Under the pieces are notes generated by a model that saw nothing but the letters and a program-made list of their open reading frames with translations, made no database searches and was not told the DNA's origin. Positions 43,888 to 52,847 of a DNA stretch of 64,000 nucleotides are shown here, piece by piece. Position numbers and translations under genes: made by a program. This stretch comes from a virus. Numbering within the stretch: position 1 is the first letter of the stretch; each line of letters begins with the position of its first letter. The stretch covers positions 32,001 through 96,000 of the IMG/VR virus record IMGVR_UViG_3300017605_001304; one strand, 5' to 3'.

Positions 43888-45861
43888 TTAGCTCCGGTGA
43901 GACAGCATCCGCTGGACGTCAGGCAACATGCCGGGCGAAGGTGCCATCGGCATGTTCGAGCGCGGCTGCAAGTTCTGGACGAGGTATGCGCCCAGCCACT
44001 TGATCGCCGCCACAACCTCTTCCTGCGTGACGTGCCCGATCAGACTCGGGATCTTTTCGAGCGGCAGGACCGCTTCGGGCCGTCCCGCTTCCGCGATCGG
44101 AACGAGGGAACCGCCCGGGATCGGCTGGACGATGCCGCCCGCGGCCATCCCCTTCTTGAGGGCGCCCGGGAAGGCGCCTTCGAGGGCGTCGAAGTCCCCC
44201 TCCTGGACCTCGCCCCACCGCAGCAGCTTGCCGGCCTTCAGCTTGTCGGCGAGCACATGCAAACGCGCTTCATCTGCGAACGCAGCCTTGAGAGCCGTGT
44301 AGTCGATGCCGGCGTGGCTCTTGGACCACGCGTCCGCATCCTGGAGCGTCGCCATCCCGTGCTGGAGGGCGTCTTCCAGAGACTTGAATTCGTCGAGCTC
44401 GCGGCGGGCTTGAATCTCGTGGACCGCGCGGAGCGCCATGCCGCGCGAGGCTTTGCGCTCGTTCTCTTCCTCGCCGCTGATGGACTTCCAAATACCCTCA
44501 ATCCGGTCCATCACCGATAGCAGCCCCTTGAACTTCCCGAGCCACTGATCCACCATCGGGCTTACTTTTTCGTTCAGCAGCGCGGAGGTGAAGGCGATGG
44601 CGCCGTTCTTCAGCTTGTCTAGATTCGGCTGGATCTGCAGGAAGAGCTGCGCGGTCTTGTCGTCGAAGTATTTCGTGAGCGCGTCGGTCTGCTTCTCCCA
44701 CGCCTCGCGAGTATCGCCGGCCGCTCCGGCCATCTTCTTGGCAATGGCGTCCACGTTGGCACCGGCGACGTCGACGACGTTGCGCAGGACCGCCAGCGTG
44801 CCGGGGTCGATGCCGTAGACCTGCGCCCACATCTCGGACATGGCGCCCGCACGGTCGCGCGGCACCTGCTCGATCATGCGCAGGAAGTCCTCGAAGACCT
44901 GCTTCGTCTGGCCGGTGCGCAGCATGTTCTGCAGGTCGGCCACCTGCTTGCCGCCGCTGCGGGCCACCTGCGCCGCGAGGATCATCCCACGACTCGACGT
45001 CTGGTTCAGCATCTCGACGAAGAGCTGCATCGCCTTCTGGCCACTTGCACCGAGGTGCTTCATGGCCGATTCTGCGGTCGCCAGCCCCGCCATCGAGGCT
45101 TCCTGGTACGCCTTGGGCGTCTCGTTCAGGAGCTTCGCGACTTCGGGGTTGCTCGGATCGATCGCAGCGAAGACGTCCTCGGGCTTCACGTTGAACGTGC
45201 TTACGAGCTTGGCCGCCAAGCCATCGAAGGCTTCGAAGTTGTTCGTGAATCCGGGAATACGGCTCAACTGGTAATTGAACTGCGAGGCCGCCTCGACGCT
45301 CACGCCCAGGACCTTGGCGGCCCGGCCCGAACTCAGCACGAACTTGTCGTACAGCTCGACCGGGATCTTCATCTGCGAGGCGGTCTTCTCCAGCTTGAAC
45401 GCCTCTTCGGTCGTCAGGCCGAAGTTCATCGCAAGGCCGACGACCTCGTCGGAGAGCTGCTTCGTGCTGAGCGTCAGGTCGTCGTTGACGTAGCGGACCT
45501 TGAGCAGGTTGTCGTGGTAGGCGACCGTGCCGGAGATGAGGCTGCTGAAGAAGCTGACCGCCTTCTCCAGGAACAGGTACGCCTCGCCGATCACCGTCAA
45601 CGGAACCAGGAGGCCGCTCAGACTCGAACTCACCGTGCCCAACGATCCCGTGAGCGCGTTCGCCGCCAGGGACGACTTCTTCGAGATGCTGTCCGCAGCC
45701 TTGCCGGCCTCTTCCAGGGCGAGGACCGCCTTGGCCTTCGCGCCAATGGCCGCCTCGCTGAGCGCCTTCGTGTCCTTGACCGCGCGCTCGGAGCCGTGCT
45801 GGCTGTTGTCGTACTGGATGCGGTAGACGAAGTTGAACTGGTTCGAGTTGCCGTTAGCCAT
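43888..45861 (-). CDS. Tape measure protein
   Basis: Ala-rich helical protein of about 657 aa after the chaperones; C-terminal MAAGGIV...IAEAGRPEAVLPL motif. Confidence 0.8.
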   Translation of the reverse strand: MANGNSNQFNFVYRIQYDNSQHGSERAVKDTKALSEAAIGAKAKAVLALEEAGKAADSISKKSSLAANALTGSLGTVSSSLSGLLVPLTVIGEAYLFLEKAVSFFSSLISGTVAYHDNLLKVRYVNDDLTLSTKQLSDEVVGLAMNFGLTTEEAFKLEKTASQMKIPVELYDKFVLSSGRAAKVLGVSVEAASQFNYQLSRIPGFTNNFEAFDGLAAKLVSTFNVKPEDVFAAIDPSNPEVAKLLNETPKAYQEASMAGLATAESAMKHLGASGQKAMQLFVEMLNQTSSRGMILAAQVARSGGKQVADLQNMLRTGQTKQVFEDFLRMIEQVPRDRAGAMSEMWAQVYGIDPGTLAVLRNVVDVAGANVDAIAKKMAGAAGDTREAWEKQTDALTKYFDDKTAQLFLQIQPNLDKLKNGAIAFTSALLNEKVSPMVDQWLGKFKGLLSVMDRIEGIWKSISGEEENERKASRGMALRAVHEIQARRELDEFKSLEDALQHGMATLQDADAWSKSHAGIDYTALKAAFADEARLHVLADKLKAGKLLRWGEVQEGDFDALEGAFPGALKKGMAAGGIVQPIPGGSLVPIAEAGRPEAVLPLEKIPSLIGHVTQEEVVAAIKWLGAYLVQNLQPRSNMPMAPSPGMLPDVQRMLSHRS

Positions 45862-45866
45862 GGGTC

Positions 45867-46025
45867 TCACTTCTTCTGGAAGGCGGCATCCTGCTTCTTC
45901 TTGACCTCGACGAGCTGGTCGTAGAACCAGTCGCGCTCACCGACACTCATCTGCTGGATGTCGCCCCACGTGAAACGGCCGAAGTGAACGAGGAACAATT
46001 CCTTATGCAGGATTTCCAGGTGCAC
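45867..46025 (-). CDS. Tail assembly chaperone, second part (T4 gp51-like); probably reached by frameshift
   Basis: Manual translation VHLEILHKELFLVHFGRFTWGDIQQMSVGERDWFYDQLVEVKKKQ; overlaps the upstream chaperone in the +1 frame; weak SD. Confidence 0.65.
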   Translation of the reverse strand: MHLEILHKELFLVHFGRFTWGDIQQMSVGERDWFYDQLVEVKKKQDAAFQKK

Positions 46026-46818
46026 CTGTTCCGGCGCTGCTGATCCGAGGGCGAAAGAACTCGGCCGTGAACGGCATCCCGACCTCCTCTTCGCTCCGGC
46101 AGCGCGAGTTCGGGCAGGTCATCGTGAGGTCGAGGACGAAGCCGAACGCCATGTCGTCCAGCGCCTGCAGGAACGCGAAGACGTCCGGGCCTTCCAGGTG
46201 CTGGACGAGGTCGACGACCGTCGCGGCCCCGAGCGGGATCGACTGGCCGTCGACCTCGGTCACGTGGCGCGAAAGTCGGTAGTAGTACGCGATGTCGCCT
46301 TCCGCGGCGGGCATAGTGCCGGCGTGCTTCGTGGCCCAATCGGCCACCGCTTGCTCGTCTTTTCCACGGAAATGGCGGAGCCCGAGAGACTTGCCGCTCA
46401 AAGGCAGCTTGATGCGGTATGGTTCAAGGAACTGCTGCGTCAGCTCCTTGACGTGGAGATCTTGAAGGAGGTCGATCTCGACACGGGGATTGATTGAACC
46501 ACACGCCGGGCAGCGATATTTGAAGCCGTACTTCGTGCTTGCGAGGGACCGGACCTGGAACAGGCAGAACAGTCGGTCTGCCAGGAGCAGGTCGTCGGAT
46601 GCAAGCCCACGGCTGTCGACGCAGTTGTCGATGATGATGTCGATCTTGGAGCGAGCTCCCGAGCCCGAACCAGCGAAGATCTTCTGCTCGCGACTCGTGA
46701 TCGCACCGACGCGGACCTGCCCGTCTGGCAGATTGGGGTAGAGCAACCCCCGAGACGGGAGCGGGACCGTGCGGATGAGAGTCCGGCCTGCGAGCTTGTC
46801 AGTAGCGGGAGCGGTCAT
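46003..46818 (-). CDS. Tail/baseplate assembly chaperone (T4 gp26-like)
   Basis: VPLPSRGLLY, DLLLADR, CPACG, LPLSGK, CPNSRC...PFTAEFFRP. Confidence 0.8.
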   Translation of the reverse strand: MTAPATDKLAGRTLIRTVPLPSRGLLYPNLPDGQVRVGAITSREQKIFAGSGSGARSKIDIIIDNCVDSRGLASDDLLLADRLFCLFQVRSLASTKYGFKYRCPACGSINPRVEIDLLQDLHVKELTQQFLEPYRIKLPLSGKSLGLRHFRGKDEQAVADWATKHAGTMPAAEGDIAYYYRLSRHVTEVDGQSIPLGAATVVDLVQHLEGPDVFAFLQALDDMAFGFVLDLTMTCPNSRCRSEEEVGMPFTAEFFRPRISSAGTGAPGNPA

Positions 46819-46975
46819 GGTGGGATCCTTTCGATCCTGTGCTGCTGCCCCGCCATGAACTGCGACGGGGAAGATGGCGAACAAAAGGCAGGACCCCAGC
46901 GGCGAGAAGGAGGCGCCGCCAGGGTCCCACCCGGTGGAGGACACCCCCGCGCGGAGGAACGCGGGGGATCGTTAC

Positions 46976-47299
46976 TTACTCAGACTCGGGCGCGCCGACC
47001 GTCAGGTTGAGGCTGCCGGGGACCGAGTTCTTGACGGTGACGTTGACGACGTCACCGGCCAGACCAGAGATCGAGCCGCCGGCCGTGATCGTCACGACCG
47101 CGGTGCCGACCTTGCCCGAGCCGATGTCCGCGTTCATGCCGTCCGGGCGGACGGTGACTACGGCCACGGCCGGGTCCGAGGAATCGAACGAAAGCGTGGC
47201 ACCGTCGGGCAGCGCCGCGAAGGGCTGACCGTCGGCATCGAGGATGGTGGCGCCAATCGCCACCTTCTGCTGGTCGGACATCACGACATCGAAAGGCAT
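46976..47299 (-). CDS. Ig-like (Big2-type) domain protein
   Basis: DADGQP...FDSSDPAVAVV...GKVGTAVVTITA; SD AGGAG. Confidence 0.7.
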   Translation of the reverse strand: MPFDVVMSDQQKVAIGATILDADGQPFAALPDGATLSFDSSDPAVAVVTVRPDGMNADIGSGKVGTAVVTITAGGSISGLAGDVVNVTVKNSVPGSLNLTVGAPESE

Positions 47300-47300
47300 A

Positions 47301-47504
47301 TCAATGCTCCTGGGTTGGGGGACTGACACGGACGATGATGCGAACCGGAACTCGAACCTGGCTCCGTTCAATGACGTTGGCAATACGACACCAACTTCCC
47401 GCCGCGGAGCACAGAGAAGCGGCAATGGAGCGCAGTTGCTCCAACTGCTTCCTCTCCAGGTTCAACAGACGTCGTTCAAACTGACCCATCGGGACGTCGG
47501 TCAT
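47301..47504 (-). CDS. Hypothetical protein
   Basis: SD GGGAGG; fills the gap between the tube and Ig-like genes. Confidence 0.5.
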   Translation of the reverse strand: MTDVPMGQFERRLLNLERKQLEQLRSIAASLCSAAGSWCRIANVIERSQVRVPVRIIVRVSPPTQEH

Positions 47505-47560
47505 GTCATCACACTTCCTCCCTTGGTCTCCGTCCGACGATTAGGTTGCCGCCCCAGCCA

Positions 47561-48115
47561 TTACGGAGTAGGAATCGGGATGCTCACCGAGAACGCCGGC
47601 GTCACTCGCGGAATGATCTTGTCGATGCTCAGGTTCACCTGAATCTTGTTGATCTCGTTCGCGTTCACATCGAGGTCGGCGTACTTGATGGAATCAACGA
47701 ACACGCCGACCAGATCGATGAAGCGTTCGGCGGTACCGTCCGGCCCCGCCATGACCAGCGTGCCGAGCGTCTTGTAGGCGCTGGCGAAGCTGACCTGATC
47801 GGAGATCGGCAGGTAGACGCGCTGCGACATCGTCGAGAGCGCCTTCATCGTGCCGGCGTCGACGAAGTCCTTGCAGACCAGCGTGCCGGTGCTGTAGCTG
47901 GTCTTGCCGGCCACGTAGCGCTTGATGTTGCCGTAGTTGAGCTCGATGCGGTTGTGCGACTCCTCCGGCAGCGAGAAGCTCTCGACCGCCAGCGAGATCA
48001 GCTCCGCGTCGCGCGGCGACGGCAGGTAGAGCTCCAGGTTGAAGTTGTACTTGCGCTGCGGCTCGAACAGGCCGCGCGCCTGACCAAGGAAGTCACCAAG
48101 GGTCGGGATAGCCAT
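47561..48115 (-). CDS. Tail tube protein (gp19-like)
   Basis: FEPQRKYNF, SFSLP, YVAGK, YKTLGTL, immediately after the sheath. Confidence 0.85.
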   Translation of the reverse strand: MAIPTLGDFLGQARGLFEPQRKYNFNLELYLPSPRDAELISLAVESFSLPEESHNRIELNYGNIKRYVAGKTSYSTGTLVCKDFVDAGTMKALSTMSQRVYLPISDQVSFASAYKTLGTLVMAGPDGTAERFIDLVGVFVDSIKYADLDVNANEINKIQVNLSIDKIIPRVTPAFSVSIPIPTP

Positions 48116-48132
48116 GTCTCAGTTCTCCTTCG

Positions 48133-49773
48133 TTACGCCGTCGCCGACAGGGCTTCCGAGAAGGAAGCGCCCGAGCTGAGCAGCGCGAAGTCGACACGGA
48201 TGATCTCGGCGGCCTTGGTCGGCTTGAGGAGGATCAGGCCACGCATCGTGTTCTGATCCTTGAGAGCAGCAGTGTTGGTCGACTCGTCGCAAATGACCTG
48301 GAAAGCATCGAGACCACGCCGGGCCTTCATCGTGTCGAAGATCGGCTGGACGATGCCCACGAAACGACGCCACGTGATCGGATCGTCCGGCTCGAACACC
48401 AGGAACCGGATCGACGCGGCCACGGTCTTCTTGGCCACGTTCATCAGCCGGCGCACGTTCACGCGATCCAGCGCCGACGACGTCCGCTGCATCGTCTTGT
48501 TGCCCCAGAGGGTGATGCCGTCGCGGGGGAACTTGACGATCGGGTTGATGACCTCGCCGGCCGCGTAGAGCAGCTCGCGCTCGCCCTGGTCCGGGCCGGT
48601 CGCGGGGCGGTACTCGATGGCCGTCGCCGTCTTGAGGACGCCGCGCTGCAGGCCCGCGAAGGCGAACCACGGCTCGGCGACTCGGTCCGTGAGGGCGATC
48701 TGGCTCGACACCCAGCCGCACGGCGGGGTCAGAACGTACTGGCCGTTGTAGTTGTCGTAGTACCCGACCCACGGCCAGAAGCAGGTTGCGTAGCTCGAAT
48801 TGACCGAGGTCGAGGAATCGCTGGTGCCGTTCACCAGATCGCGCACGGCGGTCGCCGAGCTCTGGTTGTACGGCGGGTCGTAGAGGTAGAGGCACTCGGC
48901 GCGAGCCTCACAGAGCGCGATGCCGGCGAGGTGCACCGTCTTGCCGCTGAGCGAGTTGGCCGCGACGGTGGCGCCCGGGCAGGCGATCATGTTGACGTCG
49001 ACGGTGTCCGCATCCGCGAAGAGCTGGAGGCCCGTCTTCGCTGCACCGCTCTGGGTGCCGATGAAGTCGCTGGCCTGGAGGCTCGTCTCGCCGTTCGTGC
49101 CGCCCGTGGCGTTATACGTCGTGAACGTCGGCTGGTTGGTCGAGTGACCGCCCGGCGCCGTCATCTTGACGTACTGCGAGTTGCCGTTGATCCGCGTCGT
49201 GTAGAAGTTGGGATCACTGTCCGCGCCGAACGTGAGGTTGTCGTAGTCCTCGACGTCGACGTTGTTGAACGTGATCGTCAGGCGGAAGCGCGTGCTCGCG
49301 AACTGCGCATCCCGCGGAGTGCTGATCGTGATCAGGAGGCCCGACGTCGCCGTCGTGCTGGCCGCGTTTGCCCAGACGCCCGGGCTCGACGCGTCGGCGA
49401 TCGCGACGTTGTTGTTATTGCTGTCCTTGATCAGGATACGAGCCGTCTGAGCCGGCCCGGCTGCCGCTTCGATGCGTGCCACCCAGAGCTGATTGCCGTT
49501 GCGCAGGTACTGGATCGCAGCATGCGCAAGGAAGCTGCCCGGGTAGTAGTACGTATCGCTCGTGCCTTCACCAGGGAAGTTGGCGAAGGTCGAACCGGCG
49601 ACCGGAGGCCCGAACGTATCGATGAACTGAGCTTCGGACGTGATATAGGTCAGCTTGTTCACCGGGCCGCGGCTGCACCAGCCGACGAGCCCGAGGATCG
49701 AGGAGCTGACCCGAGCGGCGTACTGACTGAGATCGAGCTCATTCAGGTACACGCCCGGAGAAACGAACGCCAT
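48133..49773 (-). CDS. Tail sheath protein (gp18-like)
   Basis: MAFVSPGVYLNELDLS, RGPVNK, WFAFAGLQRG, INPIV, WGNKT, LDRVNVRRL, FLVFEP, KPTKAAEII. Confidence 0.95.
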   Translation of the reverse strand: MAFVSPGVYLNELDLSQYAARVSSSILGLVGWCSRGPVNKLTYITSEAQFIDTFGPPVAGSTFANFPGEGTSDTYYYPGSFLAHAAIQYLRNGNQLWVARIEAAAGPAQTARILIKDSNNNNVAIADASSPGVWANAASTTATSGLLITISTPRDAQFASTRFRLTITFNNVDVEDYDNLTFGADSDPNFYTTRINGNSQYVKMTAPGGHSTNQPTFTTYNATGGTNGETSLQASDFIGTQSGAAKTGLQLFADADTVDVNMIACPGATVAANSLSGKTVHLAGIALCEARAECLYLYDPPYNQSSATAVRDLVNGTSDSSTSVNSSYATCFWPWVGYYDNYNGQYVLTPPCGWVSSQIALTDRVAEPWFAFAGLQRGVLKTATAIEYRPATGPDQGERELLYAAGEVINPIVKFPRDGITLWGNKTMQRTSSALDRVNVRRLMNVAKKTVAASIRFLVFEPDDPITWRRFVGIVQPIFDTMKARRGLDAFQVICDESTNTAALKDQNTMRGLILLKPTKAAEIIRVDFALLSSGASFSEALSATA

Positions 49774-49911
49774 GAAAGTCCTCCTGACAGTGATCAATCA
49801 CCCGCGAAGCGGGGGAGACGGTCACGTCGCTTGACCTTGGAAGGGGCGACGGAGGAAAGACGGGAAGACCGGACGGGAGCAGCGTAGGCAGGGGTTCCTG
49901 CAGCGGCTGCT

Positions 49912-50253
49912 TTAGGAGGGGTCTTGAACCTTGACGTACTTCGCTTGCATCAGGCGCACGCGCGCCTGCAGCAGCGGCAAAGTGAAGGAGTCGCCCGGAG
50001 CTTGCGGGAACGTCACGTCCTGGAACGTGACGAGGTTGTTGCCGAGCGTGGTCACCTTGATCGGGCGATGCTCCGTGGTGTCGGCGTAGATCTCACCGGC
50101 GCGGAACATGATCGACGGATGCGTCTGCACGGCGATCGGTGCATTGCTCTGTCCGGGCGGGGCAAAGAGCACGATGTACGCGGTGCAGCCGAGCGCGAGC
50201 GTGACTTCAGGAGCTCCGCCCAGGTCCTGCTGAAAGAGAAGTGGCAGTGACAT
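49912..50253 (-). CDS. Hypothetical virion protein
   Basis: Between the tail terminator and the sheath. Confidence 0.6.
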   Translation of the reverse strand: MSLPLLFQQDLGGAPEVTLALGCTAYIVLFAPPGQSNAPIAVQTHPSIMFRAGEIYADTTEHRPIKVTTLGNNLVTFQDVTFPQAPGDSFTLPLLQARVRLMQAKYVKVQDPS

Positions 50254-50256
50254 GGG

Positions 50257-50988
50257 TTAAGGCACCTTGATGACAAGGTCGGCAGGCGGAACCAGCGGAT
50301 CCTCGGGAGGATCTTCCGTCTCGTAGAACTTGACCTCGGTCAGCGTCTGGAGGACCGTCGGCGTCGGCTTCGCCGCGCTCAGGACCCAGCCGTGCAGCAC
50401 CATGGTGGCGCTCAGGCGCAGGACCCGGTCCTCTTCGTCCGGTTCGAGCTGCGAGTTGTCGGTGATCTCGCGCAGGTCGAAGGTGACGATCTTCTCGCCC
50501 CATGGCAGCCACACCGGCGAGAAGTCGACCATGAGCCGCCCGAGCGGCGTCGACTCCGTCTGCACGAAGAGCCCGAAGGCGTTCATCGTGTCGCGGTTCT
50601 TCGCCCAGAAGTCGATCTGGTAGGTCATGTCCCACGGCAACGGGTAGGGCGCGTTGTAGGAGACCTTCTGGTCGGCCGAGTAGACGCGGCCGCGGTACGT
50701 GCGGGACTGCGGCAGGAAGCGCTCCTGGTCGAGCGCGTGGCCAACGCGTGCGATGCTCGCCACGGGGTACGGCATCAGGCGGACCTTCTCGGACCGGTCG
50801 CCGTACTTCTTCTTCAGCAGGTCCTTCAGGGTCGCGAAGGCGCGGTCCGGCGTCGCGAACACGCAGTTGAAGGTCGGAGTGCCGAGCGTCTCGCCTGCCC
50901 GTAGGACCCAGGCCCGGACCGCCTGATCGTAGAGACGGAACTGGTCCGTCGCCGACGGCATCGTCGGGTTGCCAGGGACGGTGGACAT
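50257..50988 (-). CDS. Tail terminator / sheath stabiliser (gp15-like)
   Basis: FATPDRAF, PYPVASI, PLPWDMTYQIDFW; position upstream of the sheath. Confidence 0.7.
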   Translation of the reverse strand: MSTVPGNPTMPSATDQFRLYDQAVRAWVLRAGETLGTPTFNCVFATPDRAFATLKDLLKKKYGDRSEKVRLMPYPVASIARVGHALDQERFLPQSRTYRGRVYSADQKVSYNAPYPLPWDMTYQIDFWAKNRDTMNAFGLFVQTESTPLGRLMVDFSPVWLPWGEKIVTFDLREITDNSQLEPDEEDRVLRLSATMVLHGWVLSAAKPTPTVLQTLTEVKFYETEDPPEDPLVPPADLVIKVP

Positions 50989-50995
50989 GAGCACC

Positions 50996-51691
50996 TCACT
51001 CAAGTTCGACCCGGCGGAATTGCCAGCTCGCCACGCGCGACGGAACGATGACGCCACGAGGCGCAGACAGCCTCGACAGGTCGAGCTGGTCCGCCCACCA
51101 GACGCCGTCGAGTGAGGTGGCGTCCTCCACGTACACGGTCGTCAAGCAGTCAAATACGATGGTCGGATGAGCGGCTCCAAGCACGCGCTGCTGGAGTTTC
51201 TTCGTGGCGAGGACAGCACGCCGGGGGTCTTCAATCTTGGTGACCCGGCTAAACTTCTCGTCGGCATGTGCATCTGCGCGGGCCTCGTCTTCTGAGGCAT
51301 AGTCCGCACACAGCTCATCGTCCCATTCATCGTCATACCAACAGATTCGCCAGACCGAGCCGCGGACGATGTAGCCATGTTCAAGCCCCCACCCGACAAT
51401 CTCTTCACGCAGCCCGGGCACGATGTTGTGAAAATTGAGAAAGCGATTCCCCGCCCGCGTACACTCCCACACGGGGACAGCGCCCAAGGTCGCGATGTCG
51501 ATCCATTCCCGTGGATGCTGTGAAACCGAGAGTCCCGCGCCCTCCAGGCTTCCAGCCCGCTTGTCTTTCGCGTCGAGCGTTCCCGCGTGCCAGAGCTTCC
51601 GGAATGACTTCGTCGGGAGGTTGCGCTGCACTTCCAGGAATAGGCCACTAGCGATCGTGCGAGCTGACGGCCGCATGGACGCCTCACTCAA
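50996..51691 (-). CDS. Possible divergent ADP-ribosyltransferase-fold protein with N-terminal tag
   Basis: RTIASGLFLE tag, then LWHAGT...EGAGLSVS...DGVWW...GVIVP. Confidence 0.5.
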   Translation of the reverse strand: MSEASMRPSARTIASGLFLEVQRNLPTKSFRKLWHAGTLDAKDKRAGSLEGAGLSVSQHPREWIDIATLGAVPVWECTRAGNRFLNFHNIVPGLREEIVGWGLEHGYIVRGSVWRICWYDDEWDDELCADYASEDEARADAHADEKFSRVTKIEDPRRAVLATKKLQQRVLGAAHPTIVFDCLTTVYVEDATSLDGVWWADQLDLSRLSAPRGVIVPSRVASWQFRRVELE

Positions 51692-52847
51692 GGGTGGCGC
51701 GCATCTCCTGGAAGACCTCCACGAGCGCGGCGAGATTCGGATCGAGCTGCTCGGTCTTGTTGGCCGTGAGCGCGACGAGGGCCGGGCTCATGCGCAACAC
51801 CCACTCGCGGATCGCGTCCTCGGCCTTCACGTTCGGGCAGTGACACTTGGACGGGTCACTGCACTTGCCGCACTTGCGCTTCTTCGTGCGGTGGTTCGAA
51901 GCCGGGACCTGCCCGAGGGGAGGAGTGACGCCGGCCCCGACGTTGAGCGTGCCGGTCAGCTCGTTCAGGTAGTTGGTCGGCGACTGCCCGATGCCTTGCA
52001 TCAGGGCAGAGACGATGTCTTTCGAATTCATTGGCACAGACTCCCCGAAGATCTGCCGGCGGTACTGCGCCGCATTGTTTATCACCCAGTGTACAACGTG
52101 CTCGAATGAGCCCCGGTAGAGGCAGTCCCGGCCACCGGGAATCTTGGAGAGGACGCACCACACATCCCAGCCGTCGGATTGAAGCACCGCGATCGAGCTC
52201 GGAGGGATCTTGTTACCGAGGAAGATGTACTGGTTCTCGTTATCCCCGTAGTGATAAATCGGCACCGAGGCCGCCTGGAACAGTACGGCGTGCTTACCGT
52301 AGCTATCGTAAGCGCGCTCGGCCGCGCGTGCATCGAGCGCATTCACGGCGAAGTTGTAACCGCCATACCGCTTGGCCTCGTCCGATAGCCAGCTCGTGAG
52401 TCCTAGTCGCTGGTAGTCGTGGTACCCGCGGGTGAAGCCGTCCGCGCCGATTTCTTGCGGGGAGTCCGTGAAGTGGGCCAGCCACGTCTGACGGTGCGTG
52501 ATCGAGCCGCGGAGATCTGCGTGCGCGTAGGTGGGAAGATCTGCGTGATTCTCGACCGCGCTGTCTAGAAAGGCGTCCCACTCTTCTCGATGGTCGATGA
52601 ACCAGTCGTTGAGGCGTGCGACGACGGCCCAGTCTGCGTCAGAGTCCGGAACGTCGGAGGCCCACGTAGCCTTGATCTGCTTCGGCTTGATCCCAGCCGC
52701 GAGAGCGATCTCCTTGCTCTTTGGCCAGTGAGTGAACTCGTACCAATACTGAGCCACGTCCGGGGGCCGCAGGTCCATGTACGAGTGGAGCGCGCTCAGC
52801 TCGCTGCCGTAGACCTCGTCTTTCCGCTTGAGGTCCTTCGAGTTCAT
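51684..52847 (-). CDS. Multidomain protein with ART-like domain and Cys-rich C-terminal module
   Basis: WLAHFTD...GYNFA...YGKHAVLF...GDNENQYIF; MNSKD occurs at the start and again internally; CGKC..CHC. Confidence 0.55.
   Translation of the reverse strand: MNSKDLKRKDEVYGSELSALHSYMDLRPPDVAQYWYEFTHWPKSKEIALAAGIKPKQIKATWASDVPDSDADWAVVARLNDWFIDHREEWDAFLDSAVENHADLPTYAHADLRGSITHRQTWLAHFTDSPQEIGADGFTRGYHDYQRLGLTSWLSDEAKRYGGYNFAVNALDARAAERAYDSYGKHAVLFQAASVPIYHYGDNENQYIFLGNKIPPSSIAVLQSDGWDVWCVLSKIPGGRDCLYRGSFEHVVHWVINNAAQYRRQIFGESVPMNSKDIVSALMQGIGQSPTNYLNELTGTLNVGAGVTPPLGQVPASNHRTKKRKCGKCSDPSKCHCPNVKAEDAIREWVLRMSPALVALTANKTEQLDPNLAALVEVFQEMRATLE

Noticed and set aside
22339-50988. Tail genes as a bacterial T6SS, eCIS or tailocin
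   Set aside because: Linked to neck gp13/gp14-like genes and a complete phage replication module; no T6SS membrane complex or eCIS ATPase seen.
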